Source of the DNA: Trichosphaerium sp. ATCC 40318
Lineage: Eukaryota; Protista; Tubulinea
Length of the DNA stretch: 64,000 nucleotides
Direction: 5' to 3'
Assembly: GCA_038496445.1 (NCBI GenBank)
Contig: JALMLS010000194.1
Span: forward strand, 1-64,000
Below the pieces are notes generated by a model that was not told where the DNA came from, made no database searches, and saw nothing but the letters and a program-made list of their open reading frames with translations. The position numbers were made by a program, and so were the translations under genes. This document shows positions 53,288 through 64,000 of the stretch, piece after piece. How positions within the stretch are numbered: position 1 is the stretch's first letter; the number at the start of each line of letters is the position of its first letter.

Positions 53288-55437
53288 ATGTCGGCGTATT
53301 CTGAGCAAGTGCTCGTAGATAAGCTTAAAAAACTCTCAGCTACCCAACAGAGCATCCAAAGTACTTATACATTATTAATTTCACGTTTTTTGAAACTTCC
53401 TTGACGAAGCGTAGCACTTTCACATTGGATTATGTACCATCGCAAACGGTACGCTCAGAGCGTAAAGAGATGGTATTCTGAGCTACTAATTGGTGCGTTT
53501 TAACCAATAATGCGTTCAAGTCGGTTTTAATTTCTTATTACGTCTTGATTGAGCTATACGCACGTATACTAACCCTATGGTAGCTGATACAAGTCAGAAA
53601 CTCACTTTTTTATATCTGGCGAACGATGTTATGCAACAGAGTCGTAGGAAGGGTGGAGAGTTTATAAAAGAGTTTTCTAGTATAATGGGAGAAGCAATAA
53701 CACACGTGATAAAGTCAACGTCAGCTGGTACAGAGAAGCAAGTTTTACGCCTTATTTCGATATGGGAGGAAAGAAGGGTATTCCCAAAGGCTTTTCTAGA
53801 TCCTATTGTGGCTTCTGTTAAAGGACAAACATCAAAACCAGCAAAGGCACGAGATTTTTTGATGAAAGAAACTTTTTTTTTTTTTTTTTGGTATTCTTTT
53901 TACTGTTGGATTTTTTTAGTCTCGTGTGACGCCTGCAGGATGGGTTAATTATCGTTTAAACGAACTAACAAATACATCAAAAAAAAAAAAGTTGTAAAAA
54001 AAAAATACTTAATTAAAATGTCTCATGTACCCTGCAAGCGTCCAGGAGAGCAACAAAACACGTGATTTATTAATCCTATTTTTTTCTTCTTCATTTTTTT
54101 TTTGTTTTTTGGATTTTGTTTCGTCTCTTCTTTGTGTATTTATTGGTTGATACTTGTTTGTGTTTATATTTATTAATGATGTATTTAGGATACTTTGATG
54201 CCTCTGGAACTTCGTCAAAGACCTGAGAAGCCTAGAAGTAATGATCCAATACAATCTATCAAAAGTTCAATAGAAAAAACATTAATGGTAAAGGATATGC
54301 TCGTAGATGATGTTAAGGCCATAAGAAGCGATTTATTAGATGGTAAATCACTAAGCGATATAAAGAGTACGTTATAGAAAGTATTTTAACCATATACACT
54401 TCTCCATTTCGCGTCAAGTGACTTTTAAAAAAAACCTTTTCGCAACATCTATACTTTTTCTCTCCATGCTTTTTCTCGTAGGCCTACCAAATGAGTTTAC
54501 AAAGTTTTACACATGTGATTGTTTTTATTTATAATGTTTCACTTTTAGATCAACTGCAACTACGAGAACACGCTCTAGAACTCGATGAAGGATGTAAAAA
54601 ACTTGAACAATTAAAAGATAGATTGACTCAAGAAAACAAACTTCGAAATCAATTAACACAACTACTGGGTACGATTATATCTTACCGACCAATTGAAAAA
54701 TTTATCCGAGTATCACCTACTTCTTACACGCTTTCATTTAGAGAAAGCCTTGGAAGACAATAAAAAATCCATGGAAACAAACAAAACGGCTCTAGAAGAT
54801 TGTACAAAGAAATTAGCGCAAACAGAAGAAAGAAAGCTTGATATGAAAGTACGCGAATACACCACTCACTCGCACTATACCGCCGCTTTATTCAAACATA
54901 TTGCTTATTGTATCTTATAGAAGCTATTAAGTGAGTTACCTGAAGAAAAGAAAGAGGTAGTCGGAGAAAAGAGAAAAAATCAAACAGAATCAGGAGGTGT
55001 TCCTAAAAGGTCTAAAACATACAACCCTATACAAGCTATCCTCAACCAATTACTACCTAATCAAGGTAGTAATAATATCCCACCACCTACTGAAGCATAT
55101 ATTCCTGCGACTGTGAATACTGTTTCCGGGTTAGGAGGTGTTGTTGGGTACAACGATCAACAATGGGGAAATTATGATAAAGGTCATGGTCTCAATTATG
55201 ACGGTAGTCAAGGTCCTACACATTTAGGAGATTTATATAATACAACCCAAGGTACGATTTCCAGAGATATTTACTAGTACACTGTTAAAAGAAACGGGTT
55301 ACGCTTCAAACGTCACCAAACTGTTTTTTTTTTGAAATAATTTTTTTTTTTTTTTTTTGATATGTTCTGTTCAAGGTGGACTGGGTACCGTTCAGACGCA
55401 GACTGCGAATGATAATAGTCAAGGAGTAATACATTAA
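53288..55437 (+). CDS. RPRD1/CREPT/Rtt103-like CTD-interacting-domain protein, multi-exon
   Basis: MSAYSEQVLVDKLKKLSATQQSIQ|TLSHWIMYHRK; KLTFLYLANDVMQQSRRKG.EF; RLISIWEERRVF; coiled-coil exons. Divergent from nox, with 142 bp between the ATGs. Confidence 0.85.
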
Positions 55438-55774
55438 AAAAAGGGTGTAAGGAATCCATATCTCTTTTTCCTCTGGCTGGACTTGTTGTCACAAAGTCTG
55501 CCTCACTTGTATATCGAAGTAGTGTACACAAAAAAAGCAATAAACCCATACACTTGTATCATACATACTTTTTCTTTTTACCTTGCTTGGTCATCAACCA
55601 AGTTTTTTTTTATAGCTTACCATTCTTTTTCTTACTGATTAAGTATTAAAACAAGAGCTCTGGCGTGTTCTACTACAAGAGTATTAGCCTACAAAAAAAA
55701 AAAGAAAAACCGTCGCACGCTTTGAATCGGGTTTTGAAAAAGTCAAATGATCGAGTATTCATACCGCCTCAGTA

Positions 55775-57533
55775 ATGGCAGAGCCGCAATCTTCGTCAGG
55801 TAATTTACAATATGTTAACCGTTTGGCCACTGGTTTAGGCCATTCAATGGTAATCGCAGACGATGGCTTTGTTTACACGTGGGGACGAAACAATGAGCGC
55901 CAATTGGGTAATACAGACGAAAAAACGAGTTCTATCGCAAGACCAATAAAATCAGTCATAAATATCGTCTGTATTGCTGCTGGATGGAATCATAGCCTTG
56001 CAGTTGATTCAAACGGTATTGTGTATGCATGGGGCTGTAATTCATATGGCGCATTGCACTTTGCATCACCTGTTTCGTCACCAACACGTGTTCCAAATCT
56101 CAACAATATCACGAAAGTCTCTGCCTATTTTGTGAGTATGGCGTTATCAAAATCAGGTCATGTCTACTCTTGGGGAGACAACAGATTTCAAGGATTGGGT
56201 CATTCATTCGACAAGTTGAAAGTTTCATCACCAGCGGTTATTCCAAATCTTCAAAATGTTCAAAAAATTCAAACTAACTTGTTTGTAAGTGGAGCAATGA
56301 CGTCAACAGGTCATGTCTTTCTTTGGGGAACAACAGATCATTTGTTGCAAACAGACCATGAAGCGATAGATAAATCATTATTCTTGAATCCAAAGACAAT
56401 TTCACGTGTTCCAAGTATTGATGATGCCACTGATATTGCCATTGGCGAAGAGCATGTACTTGTTCTCCTCAAGTCAGGACAAGTATTTTCTTTTGGACAC
56501 AACTACTATGGGTGTCTTGGGTTGGGTATTGATGACAAGTATGGCCAGGGTATCATCAAAGGACTCAATAACATCAAATCTGTACATGCTGGTGGTTGGA
56601 CATCATTTGCGATTGATGATGAAGGTTGTTTGGTTGGTTGGGGTGAAGGGAAATGGATTGATTCGTTCTCATCAAACAAACCATTAAAATTACCTGGAAA
56701 ATATCTTGAGTTTGCCAATAAAGAACAACATTACTTGGCAATATCTCATGACTTTCAGTTGGTCACAGGTGGAAATAATCATTATGGTCAATCAACACCA
56801 CAAAAGTTAACATTCACCAATTATGAAAAGGTACTTTGAAATCTTATTTGTTTTTCTTTTGTCTGACAATCTACAAGCACTTTAAACCAGCCAATAAAGT
56901 AATCACAAAAGATAAAAACGATGACGCTGTGAAAGCAATGAATGCAGAGTTAAAAGAAGACAGAAAAGATAAGTACTTGTCAAAAGCTGTGGTTGAGCCC
57001 AATCGTGATTACACCAAGTTTGGAGATGCTCCTGATCACCTTGATATCATTCAAGATGCCCTTGAAGCCTTTAAAATACACCAAAATCGAGATGAATACA
57101 TCAACAATGTAAGTATCAGAAAATAAGCGATACCTATCTCACATGGTATTTTAGGTTAACAATCCTCGCTTGCCACTTGATATAGACACCTCAATTGTAT
57201 CTGAACAATCATGGAATGACAAGCCTCATGTTTCAGTCGCTCACACAAAGGTGTCTTGTTTTAATTTAATTTTCTTCACATTTAATTTTGTTCGTTTAGT
57301 CGGAGTTCTGTCCACCTCAAGAGAATCAATCAATCGCTACTCCCAAATATGATTGGAAGTCAACATTGGCGAGGTTGGGTATTTCAAGTGCAAGAGCACA
57401 AGAACTTGGATCGTTGATGAATGAATCAGGTATCAAACCTGGAGACATCACCTCAGATGTATTAGAAGAGCTTGAATTCAATCCAATTGAACGTATCAAG
57501 GTCATCAAAGCAAAGCGCAAAAATGCTCTATAA
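55775..57533 (+). CDS. RCC1-linker-SAM copy H (intact; reference model, 538 aa)
   Basis: Exons 55775-56830, 56878-57108, 57155-57250 and 57300-57533, all introns phase 0. SAM-like DWKSTLARLGISSARAQELGSLMNESGIKPGDITSDVLEELEFNPIERIKVIKAK. Confidence 0.9.
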
Positions 57534-59072
57534 ATCGATGAAGCGCATATCTTAAGCCTCCTCAATGATGAATACACCAAAAACAATCGAATATTAACAA
57601 TTGGTTTTGTAATAGTTTAGATGTCTTACAATAAATACTAGCTTGTTTTGAATAGAACAATGACATTTTCTTAACACATTGAGGGTCACATAGAGAACTT
57701 TTTGCTGAGCAGATTGAAAACTAAAAAAAAAACGTAAGTGTGGTTCACAAATGTACGCTAGAAACTTCATATTACAGCTACAAGTAGACATAGTTATGTA
57801 AAACATACTACAAACATACTGGTAACCAAAAACTATCACATGGCTGTAAATTCGTAAAAAACTGAAAAACGAATGTGCTTGTTTTTGATAATTTTCATTC
57901 GAATGGTAAACAGTTTCTGAAAGCCAAAATCACTTTTCAATGGTGCCTTACTATACACACAGTATCTTGCATTATGTTACAAAGCTCCTGGGTTCAACTA
58001 CGGATTTCAACATAAAATATGGCAGAACGCGACCGCCTGTTTCTAAGGCAACGGAAATACATTTCCCTTTATCTAGAAAGGGTGGTACCAAAGTTTCAAA
58101 ACAGGGCTTGCTGGTCTACCTTATCTTTACACAAATACTCACCAAAGTATAGTACACGCGATTATACGCGTAGAAAAGAACAATAAGAAGAACTTTTCTT
58201 GTTTATTCCAGTCAGTCGTATCCACAGCGCTCAAATACGTTTATTAAATCCATTACAACCTATTTAGTACTGTAGTGACCTGCAAGAGTAAACAAGTGGT
58301 AGTGGTTCACGGAAAGTATGGTTTACAGTTTTTTCAAGGCAAAAAATGTGCCGAGAAAGTTCTCGGATCAGGTGCAATTATTGTACACTCTACGTTACCC
58401 AATGTGTTCTAAACGCATTATAAATGCAGGATATGCTTATCAACTACCTAGTAAAAAGCTCTACACTCAGTCAATTGACTTGTGATAAGAAATGTTAACT
58501 AGGGACAGTGACATTCACATTTACCTTTGAGAATATTGGGTAAAACACTAGGCTTTGGACTTATGTATCAAACACTAACAAAGTCAAAGCCATTGAGAGC
58601 ATATAAAACGTAAAAAAAGCATGTGGTGCCATGGTACAACATCAACAAAATCGCACATTTTTAAACGGTTTAGCTACAGATTTTGTTGCTGAGTTTCTTA
58701 GCCGTCAGTTAACCAGCTACAGATTTTTATAGCTGGCTTAGTTGGTACTGGACCACGACCAACTCTATTTGTAAACATTGCGCCATACAATATCACCAAT
58801 AAACAACTATTGCTATTGACTTCAATTTTTTTTCATTTTTTCATTTTTAGTAGTTTACAGTTTTCTCAACATCGTAGTGCTCCGTTAATTACGCTATTTC
58901 TCCAAAAACCCCAGCACTACAGTATCGCTTACACTTGATATCCCATACATACGTCACGTGATAGCAAGTGACTTATACTGATATTTTCATTTTCTACTAT
59001 CCAAAGTCATTTATTTGTACTTTATTTAGGATGCTTCATACTACCGCAGTAAAACGAGATACTTGTCACCTA

Positions 59073-59893
59073 TTACACCTCCCACCCAAGATTTAGCTCG
59101 ATATTATAGATTTGACGCATCAGTATCAGTGTACCTATGCTATCCACTGCTTCCAAAGCGTACTGCAATGAGCACAAGGTACAATAAAGAGTTGAAAAAG
59201 CATGGAAAATGGCTTCGACCCTAAAAAAGAAGTCAGTAACTGAGAAAAAAAAAACCACTACAACACACAAGAGCACGTACACAATCATAGACAACTTTGA
59301 GGAGGTTCTTCTCTGGGTCTACTTTTCATCTGCACCGCAAGGGTAGATTATTGGAGCACCCTTATCGTTACAGATAACCTTACGAATACCTGTGAAGCTG
59401 ATTTTTCCAGAATCTGTTTTTGGGCATTTCATGATGTTTCTCTCATCTCCATTGGCATAGTGAATGTAGCACAATTTTGTAGCGAATGGCATGGTATCAT
59501 GGTTAACCTTCATTAGGAGTCCACAACCCATACTGAAACTGACCTATCAACAAAAGATAAGATACAAAGAAACTTAAACTCCAAGCAACTTTGTAACATA
59601 CACATTGGACAGAGAAGGCCATCAGCAACAACAACCTTCAAGAGTTTTGTGACAATTGCATAGTTGATACCATCACCTTGAATTACGTTGTATCTACATA
59701 GTAAAACAAAATCGTCAGTAAAGATCAAAATGAGAAAAAAAAAAGATATGCTTACCCTTTTTACAACCTTGTTACCCCTTTGAGTTAGTTTCAAATCCGC
59801 CAGTCTTAGCACCTGCCTTCAAACCAGCAACAACACAGTCTTTTGGATCACTAGAATCTAGGCGAATAACCATGATTGAGTTACCACGCTCCT
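59073..59893 (-). pseudogene. Possible decayed multi-exon gene
   Basis: Exon-like blocks with GT/AG edges (ERGNSIMVIRLDSSDPKDCVVAGLK; YNVIQGDGINYAIV..CPMC) interrupted by in-frame stops. Confidence 0.25.
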
Positions 59894-60242
59894 AAAGGGC
59901 TGTGAGAAAAGAAAATACTCATCGAATAAAAAAAAAACAAAACAAAAAAAAACAGTTTCAATCTGGTGTGCAATCTAAAATTGCTCGTGTTTAGCTTTAC
60001 AATCTTCACGTGGGTAGGTTCATTTTGTTAGATGCAAAGCAGTTGAGTTTCGCGTTCTTTTTGTGGATGTAGCACTCAAAAGTACTTGGCACTTGCCAAG
60101 ACAAAGACAATCGTTTAAATAGGCGCAGGAACATGTAGTAACTCATCTGCGGCAGGTTTAAAACCTACCATAAGAAATGGCGTCAAGCTTAGTAGTTCAA
60201 AAGCCAACGAATATTGAGCACATCACGTAACCTAACGTTTTA

Positions 60243-61990
60243 ATGGCAGAGCCGCAATCTTCGTCGGGTAATTTACAATATGTTAACCGCTTGGCCTCTG
60301 GTTGGGCACATTCAATGGTAATCGCAGACGATGGCTTTGTTTACACGTGGGGACATAACAATGAGCGCCAATTGGGTAATACAGATGAAGAAAAGAGTTC
60401 TATCACAAGACCAATAAAATCACTCATAAATATCGTCTGTATTGCTGCTGGATGGAATCATAGCCTTGCAGTTGATTCAAACGGTATTGTGTATGCATGG
60501 GGCTGTAATTCAGATGGTAAATTGGGTCTGGGTCACTTTGCATCACCTGTTTCGTCACCAACACGTGTTCCAAATCTCAACAATATCACGAAAGTCTCTG
60601 CCTATGAAGTGAGTATGGCATTATCAAAATCAGGTCATGTCTACTCTTGGGGAGACAACTCATATCAAGGATTGGGTCATTCATTCGACAAGTTGAAAGT
60701 TTCATCACCAGCGGTTATTCCAAATCTTCAAAATGTTCAAAAAATTCAAACTAATTGTTGTGTAAGTGGAGCAATGACGTCAACAGGTCATGTCTTTCTT
60801 TGGGGAACAACAAATAATAAAGCAATAGATAAATCATTATTCTTGAATCCAAAGACAATTTCACGTGTTCCAAGTATTGATGATGCCACTGATATTGCCA
60901 TTGGTTTCGTCATGTACTTGTTCTCCTCAAGTCAGGACAAGTATTTTCTTTTGGACACAACGACAATGGGCGTCTTGGGTTGGGTATTGATGACGAGTAT
61001 GGCCAGGGTATCATCAAAGGACTCAATAACATCAAATCTGTACATGCTGGTGTGTTACATCATTTGCGATTGATGATGAAGGTTGTTTGTTTGGTTGGGG
61101 TAAAGGGAAATGGATTGATTCGTTCAAATCAAACAAACCATTAAAATTACCTGGAAAATATCTTGAGTTTGCCAATAAACGATTTCATTACTTGGCAATA
61201 TCTCATGACTTTCAGTTGGTCACAGGTGGAGATAATTATTTTGGTGAATCAACACCACAAAAGTTAACATTCACCAATTATGAAAAGGTACTTTGAAATC
61301 TTATTTGTCTTTCTTTTTGTCTCACAATCTACAAGCACTTTAAACCAGCCAATAAAGTAATCGCAAAAGATAAAAACAATGATGCTGTGAAAGCAATGAA
61401 TGCAGAGTTAAAAGAAGACAGAAAAGATAAGTACTTGTCAAAAGCTGTGGTTGAGCCCAATCGTGATTACACCAAGTTTGGAGATGATCCTGATCACCTT
61501 GATATCATTCAAGATGCCCTTGAAGCCTTTAAAATACACCAAAATCAAGATGAATACATCAACAATGTAAGTATCAGAAAATAAGCAATACGTATCTCAC
61601 ATGGTATTTTAGGTTAACAATCCTCGCTTGCCACTTGATGTAGACACATCACTTTTATCTGAACAATCGTGGAATGACAAGCCTCATGTTTCAGTCGCTC
61701 ACACAAAGGTGTCTTGTTTTAATTTTATTTCTTCACATTTAATTTTGTTCGTTTAGTCGGAGTTCTGTCCACCTCAAGAGAATCAATCAGTCGCTACTCC
61801 CAAATATGATTGGAAGTCAACATTGGCGAGGTTGGGTATTTCAAGTGCAAGAGCACAAGAACTTGGATCGTTGATGAACAAAGCAGCCATCAAGAAAAGT
61901 GAAATCATTCCTGAAGTGTTAGAAGAGCTTGGATTCAATGTGATTGAGCGTATCAAAGTCATAAAAGCAAAGGAAAACAAAATGCTATAA
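60243..61990 (+). pseudogene. RCC1-linker-SAM copy I with two -1 frameshifts (or consensus errors) at hypervariable slots
   Basis: 5 nt instead of 6 at 60906-60910 (GGT TTCGT CAT) and at 61052-61056 (GGT GTGTT ACA). The rest of the gene is intact to TAA 61990. Confidence 0.75.
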
Positions 61991-64000
61991 ACAGAACATC
62001 ATTGTTAATGAAGGCCTGAGAATTTACACCTTTTGATGAATTAGCATAGCAAATTAGTCAGAATACTTGTATTGTACACAAAAACCTTTTCAATAAATTC
62101 GCTAAGTACAAGCAAATCAATCGTATTATCAAAACAGTTAACAAACAATTTCAATGTAGAAAATATTGTTCCATTATCTATTGATGAAAGCTTCTGTCGT
62201 TAGTTAGATTTGTTGATTGGTAGATGTGACAACTCGCTATTTCTTACAGAATGCCACCATCTTGATACAGCTAGTACTATATTTTTACTACAAGGTTTAT
62301 AATCGAATGACAAACACAGAACAACTTTTTTTTTTTTTTTACTTCATATATGACATCAAATCATTAGTTTTCTTCCGTTTCTTGCACTTTTTGAGGAGCG
62401 ATGGATGCTTTTGGTTTCCATAATTTTACAGTATAATCATCACATCCAGTTGCAAACATTTCTTTTATCGGGTGCCAAGATATTTGGTTTACAAGCTTTT
62501 TCATTTCTTGTAAGAAAAAAATTAGAAAACAAAAAAAACAAGCCACACAACATTTTTTGTTACTTACTGTCGTGTTCCATTATAGCCAGCTTTATTCCGC
62601 CTCTAGTGAAAATACCCACTTTCCCATGATTATCACCACATAGAATATAATTACCGTCATTGGAGTATGAAGGAAAAATGAAAAACAAATCAGCTCCTCC
62701 ACCATGAAGACATTTTGTATTAACAATAGTCGTCATTGATCCATCCTCTAACAACATTTCTACTATATGTAAATCCTCAAGAAGTTTGCCTTCTTCAGTA
62801 ATAGCGCGTAAACTGAATAAGAGGTTAAATTGACAAATAAGGACAAAAGAAACAAAGAAATTGAACGAAAGAGCTTCAAAATTGGAGAAAAAAAAATACA
62901 GCAAAAAGTGTTGTACAGACATACGTTACTAGCACAGATTTCGAATCAGGTGAACATACTGATCCAACAATAACTCCTGGCACGTATACATGTAAATAAG
63001 CATTATCAAAATTAAGCACATTCATTTCTTCTGAGAAGAGCATGCTTATTTCATAGACAACTATGCTTATCTTATAATCTGAACCACCTTTCTCATCAAA
63101 ACAAGAAGCGACTAAACGTCACCACCAAATTAGTACAAAAAAACTCTTGAAGTCACGTGATATTTTTGTGAAAAAAAAGAAAAAAACGTGAAAGACTTAT
63201 ATTCTGTCACGTGCCAAGATATTTCTGATCATTGGTTACCATCAGACCTGATATTGTATAATACCATTTTTCAGATACATACTTTTGTGGTATCATCTTA
63301 TGAATTGTCATCCCAAAGTCATCCACCTCGTAAGGTAACAAGTTACCATTAGAAATAGTATATATTGAAAAAACTACTTGACGTCTATGAATACAATCTT
63401 TGAAACAACATGAGTAAAAAACAAGATAGATAGCATAAAGAGAAAGGCAGAAAGAAAGACATAACAAAAAGAAGAAAAAAAAAAAAAAAAAAAGGTACCA
63501 AGAAAATCTTACTTGTAAGCAAATAGAGCCTATCTTCTATTGTCACAAACTGCGGCATTATATCAAAAGGTGACGCATCAAACGTTCCAACATACTTTTC
63601 CTCTTTCATGTACCAAATAGTACATACTTCATTGTCCTGTAGTTTGGTTAAATTAAATCACGTGACAAAAAAAAAATGTGCTTGACGTACTTTCATAGCA
63701 TAGACAAGGTAATTACTACATTCAGACCATTTATGTGAAGATACAGCACTTCTACCATCTACCAGGTCAAGCCAAGATACTAGTTCATCATTTTCTAGTT
63801 TAAACAAGCTTATACCATGTGCGCCTGTAACACTAATTAACACGTCTTGTACCTTTCAAGAAATAAAACCTCAACAAACATGACAACATAGTGGTCGCTG
63901 GAGGAGATCATCCATGGTCCTATGGAACGACCACTGTACGTGTCATTGTTGAAGAAGGTTTTAAATAATAAAAAAAAAGCAGGTATTTGTAGACTTGCCT
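61250..64000. repeat. Inverted segmental duplication of ~18957-21700
   Basis: Continuous near-identity through the WD40 gene, the intergenic DNA and the linker/SAM exons of copies D and I. Confidence 0.9.
62364..64000 (-). CDS. Second copy of the F-box/WD40 gene (3' part; continues beyond window)
   Basis: Near-exact reverse complement of 18957-20585 including introns, with a few substitutions and a 3-nt indel (MEHDSK vs MEHSK). Confidence 0.85.

Noticed and set aside
4338-61296. Diversity-generating retroelement (adenine-specific mutagenesis) as the source of slot variation
   Set aside because: No reverse transcriptase or invariant template repeat in the window. Slot-1 codons (TAC, AGT, GGC, GAA, GAT, GGA, TTA, TGG) vary at all three positions rather than following the AAY pattern, and alleles are shared in blocks, which fits conversion better. 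Cannot be excluded genome-wide.
10736-61980. Short ORFs such as MFSFAFMTLIRSITLNPSS.. and MANSRYFPGNF..
   Set aside because: Antisense shadows of the SAM and RCC1 exons.
1-64000. CRISPR arrays, rRNA, tRNA, prokaryotic operons
   Set aside because: None seen. The sequence is spliceosomal-intron-containing eukaryotic DNA, and the constant/variable alternation lies within protein-coding RCC1 repeats, not a repeat-spacer array.

Overview
AT-rich, intron-dense eukaryotic DNA, most likely an amoebozoan-type protist. This rests on short GT-AG introns and a gene set of class C GPCR, Frizzled-like GPCR, NADPH oxidase, Rho GTPase, F-box/WD40, RPRD1/Rtt103-like, group XII-like PLA2 and M64 peptidase. 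The ORF track is fragmented by introns. The dominant feature is a dispersed family of nine copies (A-I: six apparently intact, two frameshifted, one 5'-truncated) of one gene type: a single intronless ~1.05 kb RCC1/BLIP-II beta-propeller exon spliced through phase-0 introns to a linker and a C-terminal SAM-like domain. The RCC1 exon is almost identical between copies except at fixed 1-3 codon slots in each repeat, which are hypervariable and rich in aromatic and charged residues. These slots are shared in a patchwork between copies and carry most of the indels. Upstream flanks, linker exons and two SAM classes also assort independently. I interpret this (inference) as a diversifying intracellular receptor repertoire, of immune or allorecognition type, shuffled by gene conversion and crossover. 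Also present: two copies of a ~260 bp MITE with 8-bp TSDs, a decayed fold-back element, a scrambled GPCR 5' remnant forming a hairpin, and an inverted duplication running off the window end. Gene ends and splice sites were placed by hand.
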